A stretch of 64,000 bases of DNA, taken from the NCBI GenBank assembly GCA_963744145.1, contig CAVUSO010000001.1, positions 4,448,001-4,512,000 of the forward strand, read 5' to 3'. The stretch is from an uncultured cyanobacterium (lineage in GTDB: Bacteria > Cyanobacteriota > Cyanobacteriia > Cyanobacteriales > CAWUOF01). This document shows positions 10,442-20,517 of this stretch, one piece after another. Made by a program: the position numbers and the translations under genes. How positions within the stretch are numbered: position 1 is the stretch's first letter; every line of letters starts with the position of its first letter. Under the pieces are notes generated by a model. It saw only the letters and a list, made by a program, of their open reading frames with translations, did not search any database and was not told where the DNA came from.

Positions 10442-11983
10442 TTAACTAACCGATAATTGTTGACAGATCTCTGTATTTACCCGATTATTTTGCTGAATCG
10501 GAATTTCAATATAAAACTCTGTTCCCTGTCCCGGTTGGGATATACAACGGAGCGATCCTCCATGTTTTTCAACGACTATTTTATAGCTAATCGACATTCC
10601 CAATCCCGTACCTTTACCAATTGGTTTGGTGGTAAAGAAAGGATCAAATATCCGTGTTTTGATCTCTTCAGGTATTCCACCTCCATTATCAGCAATCCGC
10701 ACGATCACCCCATGAGAATGGGATATTTCCGTGCGAATCCAGATGGTGGGAATAGTAATTTGAGGATTAGGATTAAGGAGATGAGGATGCTCCGATTCAG
10801 AATTAATTAATCCTTTATTTTGCTCTTCTAAAGCATCGATCGCATTAGCAATAATATTCATAAAAACTTGATTCATTTCACCAGCACAGCATTCTACTAA
10901 TGGTAATGGGCTATAATCTTTAACTATTTTGATCGCTGGTTTTTCTGTGCTACGCATTTTTAACTGATGCTGTAAAATTAATAGGGTACTTTCAATTCCT
11001 TCATGGAGATCAACTAAGTGCATTTCTGATCGCTCCAGTCTGGAAAAGTTTTTCAGAGATTTAACAATATGGCGAATCCGTTCCGTTCCCAATTGCATGG
11101 AATCAGTAATTTTATTAAGATCTTCAATGATAAATTCTAAATCAACATTTTCGATATAATCAGCAATTTCTGTGCTTGGCTCTGGATAATATTTTTGGTA
11201 AAGAGCTAACAATTTCAACAGGTCTTTGATATAGGAATTGCTATGGCAAATATTACCATAAATGAAGTTAATTGGATTATTAATTTCGTGAGCTACTCCT
11301 GCTACTAATCGACCCAGACTAGACATTTTCTCTGTTTGTATTAATTGCAGTTGAGTTTCTTGTAAATCCTGTGATGCTTGTTCCAGTTGTTGGGATTTTA
11401 ATTGGGCAGTAGCAATTGATTCACAATTTTGCTGGTATAATTTTTCTTGTTGATGAGCGATCGCAATTTCTTCAGCTTCACTTTCTTGCTGATATTGAGT
11501 AACCAGCAAATCTAACCCAGCTAATAAGTCTGTTTCTGCTGCATCTAAAATTACTTCTAGTACCGGAATATCTGGAGAGAATTTTCCCTCAATATTGGTC
11601 ATCAAGTTTCTGACTTGGGCAATATAACTCCGGACTTGTTTGTCTAGCTGAATCGGTGGTTCAAAATAAATTTTCCAAATTTTCCCAGAAGGATTTCCTG
11701 GTAAATTGAGATCGAAATCACCACGAATTAATCCATAATGGGTTTTTTCCATTAGATCGACTGCTGCTAGCAATTTTTGACGTAATTGTTTTTGTTTAGT
11801 TTGCTCAGAAGTAGTAACTAATTTTAAACAAAACAAAGCAATCCGTTGGCTCAACATTCGCTGTCTTCCACTCAGATTAATTACCGCAGCATTAATTTTT
11901 CTCACAGTAGTAAGTTTATTCACGTCAAAATAATCGCTTAATTCCAGCACAGGTGATCGCTCCAATGGTGCAAATTTTGGCAA
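10442..11983 (-). CDS. Sensor histidine kinase with N-terminal PilJ/NarX-like four-helix domain
   Basis: [14 protein letters not shown]-box-like motif; AHEINNP H-box; GKGTGLG G-box; TTG start. Confidence 0.85.
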   Translation of the reverse strand: MPKFAPLERSPVLELSDYFDVNKLTTVRKINAAVINLSGRQRMLSQRIALFCLKLVTTSEQTKQKQLRQKLLAAVDLMEKTHYGLIRGDFDLNLPGNPSGKIWKIYFEPPIQLDKQVRSYIAQVRNLMTNIEGKFSPDIPVLEVILDAAETDLLAGLDLLVTQYQQESEAEEIAIAHQQEKLYQQNCESIATAQLKSQQLEQASQDLQETQLQLIQTEKMSSLGRLVAGVAHEINNPINFIYGNICHSNSYIKDLLKLLALYQKYYPEPSTEIADYIENVDLEFIIEDLNKITDSMQLGTERIRHIVKSLKNFSRLERSEMHLVDLHEGIESTLLILQHQLKMRSTEKPAIKIVKDYSPLPLVECCAGEMNQVFMNIIANAIDALEEQNKGLINSESEHPHLLNPNPQITIPTIWIRTEISHSHGVIVRIADNGGGIPEEIKTRIFDPFFTTKPIGKGTGLGMSISYKIVVEKHGGSLRCISQPGQGTEFYIEIPIQQNNRVNTEICQQLSVS

Positions 11984-12186
11984 ATTTTTCCTAGCTGTTT
12001 GACCTAACTAGCGGTAGGTTAATCTCTTATTCTTTAATAATTACGTTAGGAAATCAGTATAATTTATTACCAAATTTGATTGAGCCATTGAAAATGTAAT
12101 AATATTTTTATATTTAACTAACTGGTGCGAAAATTGCATGAGGGACTCTCCAGAGTCCCAGCAAAACTCTGTCCAGGGATTAACCT

Positions 12187-13530
12187 TTAATCAGGAGCAG
12201 AAAATGCGATCGCTCGATCATGATCAGTTATCCCACAAATCCCTGATAATAAAAACCAACCTAGGGTATTAACTCGAAAATCAAACAAGCTGACATCAAC
12301 CGTATTAAATAAAGTACAACCAGCAAAAGCTACCAAATAGCTAAATAAGATTAATTGATCTTGCTTCCGACCAGACCAATTTTGACATAACCAGACTCCC
12401 TGAGCAAAAACCCAACCAATTAAACCAAAAAATAGCATAGTTGCAGGAATACCGGTTTCCGAAGTTAACATGAGGAGCAAATTATGAGGATGACCTAACC
12501 AGAATTGCATTTTGGCTTGATAAAGAGGAGTAAAATTTCTTAATCCCCAACCTGTGAATGGACGTTGTTGAGTTAACTCCCAAGCAAATTTCCATTGAGT
12601 TGTGCGTAGATCTGCGATCGGTCGATTTGGATTCAATTGATCGGTAAGTCGAGCCCAGAAATAAGCAGGAACAATTTGTCTTAACCATTGTCTGATCGGA
12701 TCAGGACCAAATGCAGACCAAAGGATAACTGTTGCGATCGCAGTAATTCCTGTAATTAACCACCTCCAACCATAATAGATCGCAAAAGCTAAACTGCCTA
12801 AAAATGCGATCGCCCAAGCATTACGAGAATCAGTTAAAATTAGTGCGATCGCATTACCGACAACGACTAGACTGAGAATTAGCCAACACCACCAAATTTT
12901 ACTTTTAAATCTGGTTATTTTCTGAATCTGCTGAATCCGTTTTAACTTTTGAGCAGTTTCCACCCACAATCCTAAGCTTAAGATCAAAGTAATGATCAAA
13001 TAACTAGCTAAAGTATTAGCATACATAAACACTGAAGCTATTCTTCCCGGAGGATTTCCACCTGATTCCAACACCCAACCGACAATTCCCTGTAATAAAA
13101 GAGGACTAGACCAACTAAACCATAGCTGTCCTAATCCCAAAATTACGACTGGAATTGAGGTAATTACAATTATCCAGGATAATAACCGTAACTGACTAGG
13201 TATTTGAATCAAGGTACTCAGACCAGCAAATACAATAAAATAAGGTAAGAAATTAAATGTTCCTAATAAAGCATCTCCCGGGTAAGGAGCAAAAGCAGAG
13301 ATCAGGAGCAACCACAAACTAAAAATCCCTAATCCCCAGATCAGGGGACGACGAATAATTTGACGATGATATTCTTTCCAAGTACCTAAAACTCCTAAGA
13401 CAATCAGCATTCCTCCCGGTAAGGGAATTAAAACGAAGATTGATAGACCCACCAAAATTAAGAACCACCAAAGTTGTAACCGGGGGTCAGAATGTTGGAA
13501 AAAAGGTAACGGTAAACAGTTATAAAACAA
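12187..13530 (-). CDS. O-antigen ligase family membrane protein
   Basis: Many transmembrane segments; LTDSRNAW, GWG and HPHN motifs. Confidence 0.85.
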   Translation of the reverse strand: MFYNCLPLPFFQHSDPRLQLWWFLILVGLSIFVLIPLPGGMLIVLGVLGTWKEYHRQIIRRPLIWGLGIFSLWLLLISAFAPYPGDALLGTFNFLPYFIVFAGLSTLIQIPSQLRLLSWIIVITSIPVVILGLGQLWFSWSSPLLLQGIVGWVLESGGNPPGRIASVFMYANTLASYLIITLILSLGLWVETAQKLKRIQQIQKITRFKSKIWWCWLILSLVVVGNAIALILTDSRNAWAIAFLGSLAFAIYYGWRWLITGITAIATVILWSAFGPDPIRQWLRQIVPAYFWARLTDQLNPNRPIADLRTTQWKFAWELTQQRPFTGWGLRNFTPLYQAKMQFWLGHPHNLLLMLTSETGIPATMLFFGLIGWVFAQGVWLCQNWSGRKQDQLILFSYLVAFAGCTLFNTVDVSLFDFRVNTLGWFLLSGICGITDHDRAIAFSAPD

Positions 13531-13856
13531 AATAATTCAATCTCAATCGACTAAAGATTATCTTAATCGAAGAATAACCTAATCAAATAGTTTGCCATGA
13601 ATCAGCAGCAGGAACAAGTGGGTCAAGTTGGGGACGATCGGATTGGTTCCAGTTTTCCACACTCCGATATTAAAATTGTTTTTAGGAAATTAAAGAATCT
13701 AGCTAATCTGCTCTAGACATATTGCTGCATCTTCGGTTATCATCAGCTCGCTCTTTCAGAAAACCATCAAAAAAGAGTACAATCGGTTCAAATTACATCC
13801 ATTTTCAATCAAGGAACTTATATGATTGAGTTGATTAGGTCAAGCAGAGTTAAGAT

Positions 13857-14966
13857 ATGCGGTGGTTTGTCTTATCAACTTCCGATATGGCTTCTTGGTT
13901 GCGTTTCCTCAAGCGGATAAACTGGCAAGCTTTTCAACAGCGTCGAGTTGGCACAATCTTGATTTTAGGTATTTTCCTAAGTATTATTTCTCTGAGTTTA
14001 TTATTGTTTCAGGCATTGTTTCCATCTGCTTCCTCCCTTCCTCAACCGCTTCTTCCGGTTGTGCGAATCAGCTCTCAATCTCTAGAACCAATCACACCCA
14101 TATTTTCCTATCCTGGACTTGATTCTCGCAAAGTAGCTCTGGGAGAAAAACTATTTCACGAAACTCAACTGTCACACAACAACCAGATATCCTGTGCTAG
14201 TTGTCACAACTTACAGCAAGGTGGTACGGATCAACTACCCCATTCTGTAGGAATCAATGGACAGATATCCTTCATGAATTCTCCCACGGTATTTAATTCT
14301 GGATTGAATTTTAAACAATTTTGGGATGGAAGAGCAGCCACCCTAGAAAAACAGATTGACGGACCAGTGTTAAATCCCCAAGAAATGGGTTCAACCTGGA
14401 CTGAGGTGATCGCCAAATTACGAACAGATCAGCAATATAATCAGTCTTTTCGACAAATATATAACAGTGATATTCAGCCCGAAATGATCAAAGATGCGAT
14501 CGCAACTTTTGAACGATCTTTGAATACTCCTAACTCGAGGTTTGATCGTTTGCTGAAAGGTGAAAAGCTGGCAATTACAGCAGCAGAAAAAGCCGGTTAT
14601 GCGCTGTTTAAATCCTATGGTTGTGTTGCTTGTCACCAAGGTGTGAATATGGGTGGCAATATGTTTCAAAGTATGGGAGTAATGGCTGACTACTTTGCCA
14701 ATCGAGGACATATTAATCAAGCTGATTATGGTCGGTTTAACTTAACTAAAGACCCTCGCGATCGCTATGTTTTCAAAGTACCCAGTCTGCGTAATATTGC
14801 GCTTACTGCTCCCTATTTCCATGATGGTCAAATCCAGACTTTACCAGAAGCAGTGAAGCTGATGGGGAAATATCAACTCGGAATTGATATTCCATCCCAA
14901 GATGTAGTTTTGATCTGGCAATTTCTTCAAACCCTGACTGGAGAGTATCGAGGAGAAAGCTTATGA
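13857..14966 (+). CDS. Di-heme cytochrome c peroxidase (bCcP/MauG family), membrane-anchored
   Basis: Two CxxCH motifs (CASCH, CVACH), QFWDGRA, FKVPSLRNIALTAPYFHDG; N-terminal hydrophobic helix. Confidence 0.9.
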   Translation: MRWFVLSTSDMASWLRFLKRINWQAFQQRRVGTILILGIFLSIISLSLLLFQALFPSASSLPQPLLPVVRISSQSLEPITPIFSYPGLDSRKVALGEKLFHETQLSHNNQISCASCHNLQQGGTDQLPHSVGINGQISFMNSPTVFNSGLNFKQFWDGRAATLEKQIDGPVLNPQEMGSTWTEVIAKLRTDQQYNQSFRQIYNSDIQPEMIKDAIATFERSLNTPNSRFDRLLKGEKLAITAAEKAGYALFKSYGCVACHQGVNMGGNMFQSMGVMADYFANRGHINQADYGRFNLTKDPRDRYVFKVPSLRNIALTAPYFHDGQIQTLPEAVKLMGKYQLGIDIPSQDVVLIWQFLQTLTGEYRGESL

Positions 14967-16750
14967 CCCCAAATCGAGTCCGCACTATTTTAATCAGCAT
15001 CATCATCTCGTTGCTATTGACTGGATTATTTATTAAAACTCAGGCGCTAAATCTTGATCATCATTATCAACTACTGGTACAAATTCGTCAGATCAAACAA
15101 GCAGACGCGATCGTGAATTCGGATCTACTGAAAAGTCGGTTTATGTTAGACTCTAACTATGATAATTTGGTAGCAGACTGGCAAATATTCCAGCAAAATT
15201 TGCAGATTCTCTCGATATTTTTGCAGACTTCTAGCGTGGGAAAATTGCCGACTGTGCAACAATATTGGCAAGCAATTGTGAAAGTGAGCGAGGAAAAAGA
15301 AACTGCCATTGAACGATTTAAATCTCAAAATGCGGTATTACAAAACTCTGAATACTACTTTCCCACCATCAGCTATAAACTACTAAATAAATGGTCAGAT
15401 TATTCCCAGGATGTTCCAGTTAAAGCGACATTAGAACAACTTATCCATGATTTTTTGATCTATCAAATGAATGCAAGACAAGATTTACAATCTTCTGTTG
15501 TAGCTGATTTAGATAGATTGCAATTATTGGCACCACAGTTACCATTAGAATCACGTCTAGAGCTAAATAATCTGATCGCTCATGGTAGAAAAATGCTGAG
15601 TCTGAAATCAGAAATGACTGAACACTTATCCTACCTATTAGCGATACCTACACCCCAAACTATAGATGCTCTAGCTTTGGATTACGAAACACATCATAAA
15701 CAGCAATTGCAGGAATCAAATGTCTATCGACTAATTCTGTATTTAGCGTTGATCGGTTTATTGTTAATTACTGTTCGCTCGCGAATTTATTGGCAAACCC
15801 AAATTCTCAAAACAACTAATATTCAGTTAGAACAACAGGTAAATGAGCGGACTCGGATATTACAAAAAACCCTCTATGATTTACAGCGATCGCAAGCACA
15901 ATTGATTCAAGCTGAGAAAATGTCTAGTCTAGGACAACTGGTAGCAGGGATTGCCCATGAAGTTAATAATCCAATTAATTTTATCCATGCTAATATTCTA
16001 CCAGCCGAAACCTATATCCATGAATTAATTCAAATTATCAATCTATATCAACAACACTATCCCACTCTACATCCAGAGATTCAAACCTATACGGAAAGTA
16101 TCGATCTAGAATTTGTCAAAAAAGATTTTTTACATTTGATTACCTCAATGAAAATTGGTTCTGAACGGATTCGTGATTTGGTCATCTCCCTGCGAAATTT
16201 TTCGCGTTTAGATGAATCAGACAAGAAACAGGTGAACATCCATGATGGATTAAATAGCACATTATTAATATTACAGCATCGGCTTCAAAATCTTTCTAGT
16301 CATGGTGAAATTAAAATAATTAAACAATATGGTGATCTGCCATTAATTACTTGTTATGCTGGTTTACTCAATCAAGTTTTTATGAATCTCTTAGCCAATG
16401 CGATCGATGCTCTAGAGCAAAAAATGAGTACAGACATCTCCCCGAGTATTACCCCAACAATTTGGATTCAAACTAAAGCTTCTGATCAGGGGGTTACGAT
16501 CACGATCGCTGATAATGGTTCAGGAATTCCCGAATCAGTCAAAGCCGAAATTTTTAATCCATTTTTCACTACTAAATCCGTTGGTAAGGGTACAGGTCTG
16601 GGGTTAGCATTATCTTACCAGATTATTGTTGAAAAACATGGGGGGAAAATAGAATGTTTGAGTTCTGCTTTTCAACGAACTGAATTTCATATCTATCTTC
16701 CTTTCCCAGTTCTACATAATTTAGAAGTTACTACAAACCTTTCTCTTTGA
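14963..16750 (+). CDS. Membrane histidine kinase with all-helical periplasmic sensor (DAHL-like)
   Basis: Two TM helices flank a ~230-aa helical region ([19 protein letters not shown]); AHEVNNP and [12 protein letters not shown] overlap with the peroxidase gene. Confidence 0.8.
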   Translation: MTPNRVRTILISIIISLLLTGLFIKTQALNLDHHYQLLVQIRQIKQADAIVNSDLLKSRFMLDSNYDNLVADWQIFQQNLQILSIFLQTSSVGKLPTVQQYWQAIVKVSEEKETAIERFKSQNAVLQNSEYYFPTISYKLLNKWSDYSQDVPVKATLEQLIHDFLIYQMNARQDLQSSVVADLDRLQLLAPQLPLESRLELNNLIAHGRKMLSLKSEMTEHLSYLLAIPTPQTIDALALDYETHHKQQLQESNVYRLILYLALIGLLLITVRSRIYWQTQILKTTNIQLEQQVNERTRILQKTLYDLQRSQAQLIQAEKMSSLGQLVAGIAHEVNNPINFIHANILPAETYIHELIQIINLYQQHYPTLHPEIQTYTESIDLEFVKKDFLHLITSMKIGSERIRDLVISLRNFSRLDESDKKQVNIHDGLNSTLLILQHRLQNLSSHGEIKIIKQYGDLPLITCYAGLLNQVFMNLLANAIDALEQKMSTDISPSITPTIWIQTKASDQGVTITIADNGSGIPESVKAEIFNPFFTTKSVGKGTGLGLALSYQIIVEKHGGKIECLSSAFQRTEFHIYLPFPVLHNLEVTTNLSL

Positions 16751-18530
16751 TCATCCCCATTAACTTGTGTTTACGAGCATGAGTTTGCATCATTTTTGTC
16801 CGGTAAGCTGACCACTCCGATGTGCGTTCCGCTCGTTTATAAGCATCTCTTGCTAGGGTGAGGTACTCTACCGCTAAACCATATACTTCTGATTTACCTT
16901 GATCCATAATTGCACCAGCTTGACGGATCGCATGAGTAATCACCCAATCCGGACGCACACCCACAGCTTTTTTCATTACCCGTCGCAGTAGAGCTTCGTG
17001 ATAAGAACCAATATTAGTAACAGCAGCGATCGCGTCATCAATTAAATCCTCATGGAGAAAAATCTCTACCTTTACCTCATGAGTTCCCCAACCAGAATGA
17101 GTCCGAAGATTAGCTAATAGTTCTGCTTTTACCTCCTCCCAATTTTCTCCTGCTAGATGTTCAGCTAAACGATAGTCTCCAAATTCAGGGTGAGCTTTAA
17201 ATGCTTGAATGCGAGCTTTTAGTGCTACGGGGAGATTGTCTAACCCTTCTGCGAGATTGCTGGTCCAAATTGCTAACTCGTACTCACAATGACCCTTTAA
17301 AGTCAGTCCCATTTGGGCAATCTCTAGTGCTTGACTCAATGCGTTCTGTTCTTGTAAAGTTTTAGCTAGAGCCAACGCTTCTTCCCTTAACTGCATTTGG
17401 GTTTTAGCCGCAGCGATCGCTTCTTCGATTCGACCTAAACCAGCTAACATTGTCAGGTAATGTTCAGTTTGCCCTTCTGCTTGTGCTAAATAGAGGTATT
17501 CCTCATTGCGTTCTTGACGCTCTAGGATTTGTAATCTGATTAAGGCTAAATCATCAGCATAGTCTGGTGGTTCCCCAGTCCATGCTCCCTGTGAGGTAAT
17601 TTCTCCCTGTAAAACGCGCTGGAGCTGTGGATCATCCCAACCTTGTCGCAATGCTCCTAAACTCATCTCAAAATTAGCATCCCATTCATCTTGCCATTGC
17701 TCTAAGTTTTCCTGGAGCTGGGTTTTTTCTTGGGGAGTAAGTTCAGCACTCAAAATCGCTGCTGTCCAAGCATCATTTAGAAGTCCGACTACTTGGTCAT
17801 TATCTAAACCATAGTCATCAACATCATCCCACTCTTGCACACAGGTAGCAGTAATAGCTGTGAGAATCGCGATCGCACTATTACCATCTCCCTGTTCAGT
17901 AAAATCTTCTGCTTGCTGAATCACATCAATGAGATACTCAACCACAGGATCATCTTCAGACCCATCTTCAAGCTCACGCACAGCATCTCGTAAAATCTGT
18001 TTTACCTGTCGCTTAATCGGAGTTGGATCTATATTAGTACGGCGTTGAGATTTAGCAGATTGCCGTTCTGGGGATTTAGGGGGGTTAGTAATTAGAATAA
18101 TGTGACGCTCAATCAGATCAATTAGTTCGGGTTGGTCTGATACCAATTCTTGTACTAATCTTTGAGTTTGAAGGAAATCGAGCCGATCTAAAAGATTTTC
18201 TAGGGTGGGACGTTGTTCAATTTTTTCTGGCTCATGCAAACAAACTAGCAGCGTAGCGATCGCGTGTTTGCACCATCCCTCATAGCTATATTCACAGGTA
18301 CAAGTAGCGTTTGTGATCCCCTTCCCATCAAAACTAAGACTCACCCAATAGGGAAGAGGTTCACTACCTTCTACTTCTGCGAACAGGGTATTGCTCCGCT
18401 GGGTCAGACTAAGTACAGCACCCTGACGATAGTAGGTTTCGCCCCGCTCGAAAGATTTAGTGGTAGCATAGCTGCGGATGATTGCTTCGCTTAGATGGGG
18501 TATAGGCATATTACGATCAGAAGTTGTCAA
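16731..18530 (-). CDS. SWIM zinc finger protein
   Basis: CTCEYSYEGWCKH (CxC..CxH); SFERGETYY N-terminal motif. Confidence 0.88.
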   Translation of the reverse strand: MTTSDRNMPIPHLSEAIIRSYATTKSFERGETYYRQGAVLSLTQRSNTLFAEVEGSEPLPYWVSLSFDGKGITNATCTCEYSYEGWCKHAIATLLVCLHEPEKIEQRPTLENLLDRLDFLQTQRLVQELVSDQPELIDLIERHIILITNPPKSPERQSAKSQRRTNIDPTPIKRQVKQILRDAVRELEDGSEDDPVVEYLIDVIQQAEDFTEQGDGNSAIAILTAITATCVQEWDDVDDYGLDNDQVVGLLNDAWTAAILSAELTPQEKTQLQENLEQWQDEWDANFEMSLGALRQGWDDPQLQRVLQGEITSQGAWTGEPPDYADDLALIRLQILERQERNEEYLYLAQAEGQTEHYLTMLAGLGRIEEAIAAAKTQMQLREEALALAKTLQEQNALSQALEIAQMGLTLKGHCEYELAIWTSNLAEGLDNLPVALKARIQAFKAHPEFGDYRLAEHLAGENWEEVKAELLANLRTHSGWGTHEVKVEIFLHEDLIDDAIAAVTNIGSYHEALLRRVMKKAVGVRPDWVITHAIRQAGAIMDQGKSEVYGLAVEYLTLARDAYKRAERTSEWSAYRTKMMQTHARKHKLMGMIKEKGL

Positions 18531-18617
18531 AATTTAATCTTGCTAAAAATAGTACCATTTAGAACCCGGAACTACGATGAGAAAATCTGGACTGCTTTTG
18601 GCGATCAGTTTTTATAC

Positions 18618-18740
18618 TAGACCTCTTGCAAAAGTCATGTTGATCAATTTACTGGACAGGCAAGATGCCTGTCCCACAACCAAAAAAACTCTTGTGGGAC
18701 AGGCATCTTGCCTGTCCTAGTTATTTTTGCAAGAAATCTA
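18618..18740. mobile_element. MITE-like element with internal palindromic REP units
   Basis: Imperfect terminal inverted repeats TAGACCTCTTGCAAAA / TTTTGCAAGAAATCTA; internal GGACAGGCAAGATGCCTGTCC hairpins. Confidence 0.65.
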
Positions 18741-18848
18741 CTATAGAAGAAGAATTGGATAAAATATCCTCTATTCAAAAGTAGCTGCGTAAGCCAGAGC
18801 CAAGTGGCGAAAAAATCAGAACAGTAACCAATTTCCGGGAGCAAAGCC

Positions 18849-19556
18849 ATGACATTTGACATTAATCAACTCAATAATTTGGAATATGATGATGCTGAAC
18901 CTTTACTAGAAGATTATATAAATGATGTAATTGAGGAATTTGCCCAATCACCAGAAGGAAAGGCATATGCTCAAGAATATCCAGAATTTGGTGGATGGAT
19001 CAACTCTTTCATAGAAATGTCATACAACTATGAGGGATTCACATTACCAAAGATGACTAAGGCTGATGCACAAGTGGTCATGGAATATCTTTTGCCTCGC
19101 AAATTGACATTGCTTGATCGATCGGAAGCGGAAGATGCTATTCCCGAACTGGTTGCTTTTTGGAATTTTTTAAAGCGGGAGTACAAATTTCGTAGTGCCG
19201 GCGCGATCGCCAAGTATCTGTCTAGTATCAAAGACAAGTTCACCGACTGGATGTTCGATCCGGCCAGAGGTGGTATAGCCAAAAACTTTTTTATGATTGG
19301 GATACAAGCTGGATTTGACATGACAACTCGGGAAGGGCTAAATGCTTTTCAAAAAGAGTATAATCAAAAACTCATTTCACCAAATTTCAATAGTTCTTTG
19401 TTTCAGCAGATAGAAATTATTCCAGACAATTCCCCAGCAGTACAACCTCCTTCGTCAAGTCGTAAATCGTCTCAGAAAAAGTTGCAGACTAAACCCAAAA
19501 CCAAAGGATTTGATTCACCAAAAAAAGGTAAGAAATCTCAAGACAAAAAAAGATAA
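18849..19556 (+). CDS. Hypothetical protein (acidic helical domain, basic tail)
   Basis: 235-aa ORF with GGGAG ribosome binding site; no family recognised. Confidence 0.75.
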   Translation: MTFDINQLNNLEYDDAEPLLEDYINDVIEEFAQSPEGKAYAQEYPEFGGWINSFIEMSYNYEGFTLPKMTKADAQVVMEYLLPRKLTLLDRSEAEDAIPELVAFWNFLKREYKFRSAGAIAKYLSSIKDKFTDWMFDPARGGIAKNFFMIGIQAGFDMTTREGLNAFQKEYNQKLISPNFNSSLFQQIEIIPDNSPAVQPPSSSRKSSQKKLQTKPKTKGFDSPKKGKKSQDKKR

Positions 19557-19557
19557 T

Positions 19558-20395
19558 CCTTGATCGCGAACAGAAAGGAAACATCAACAGAACCCTTCGA
19601 CAGGCTCAGAGCAAGTTTTGTCCAGATTTGTAGGGGCAAAGCATTTCGGCAGATCAATAATTGCTGAGAGCGAGAGAACTATAACCGAAATGCTTTGCCC
19701 AGCCATTGATGAATCAAATCGATCGCGGTTGAGAACGAACCGCAGAGAGGGTCCAAGAATCTGAAAGAGTGGTTAAGTGTAGGGGCGAAGCATTCGGGCG
19801 ATAATTGAACGCTTAAACGAGTAATATTAGACCCGAATGCTTCGCCCTTCTTCGCCGATATCCCCCAAAATATTCTTAACTGAACTGTATTGGATCTGTT
19901 GGTTGCATAAAGTGAGGGCAAAGCATTTCGGTCCTATTCTTCTGAGTTTAACCTATCATTTGTTCGCCGAAATGCTTTGCCCCTACAGAAATTGGCATAT
20001 ATATAGTTGATCTGTTGGCAATACGGTTCGGTTAAGTGTAGGGGCGTTCGCGCAAGCGTGCCGGAGGCATAGCATTCGGGCGATAATTGAACGCTTAAAC
20101 TTTACCCTGAGCGTAGTCGAAGGGGAGTAATATTAGACCCGAATGCTTCGCCCTTCTTCGCCGATATCCCCCAAAATATTCTTAACTGAACTGTATTGGG
20201 GGTGAAGCATTCGGGCGACAGTTGAACAATCAAACTTTACCCTGAGCCTTGCCCTGAGCCTTGCCCTGAGTGTAGTCGAAGGGGTAGTCGAAGGGGTAGT
20301 CGAAGGGGTAGTCGAAGGGCAGTAATATTAGATCCGAATGCTTCACCCTCTTCTGCGCCGAGATTCTCAAAAATATCCTTAACTGAACCATATTG
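19558..20395. repeat. Mosaic of MITEs (TIR CAATACGGTTCRGTTAAG), GTAG-REP doublets and SDR insertions
   Basis: Near-identical units ending CTTAACTGAACTGTATTG; filled and empty SDR sites (20101-20124 vs 19818/19819); nested SDR at 20236-20319. Confidence 0.85.
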
Positions 20396-20517
20396 AATTA
20401 TAGCAGGTTTTTAACCTTTCTGCTCTGGGAAGTATATCACTGTGCGATCGCTTTTTGGTTAGATGAGTTGGAGGTGCGATCGCACAATTTTTTCCATCAA
20501 TGCGGCCAGATTTCCTC

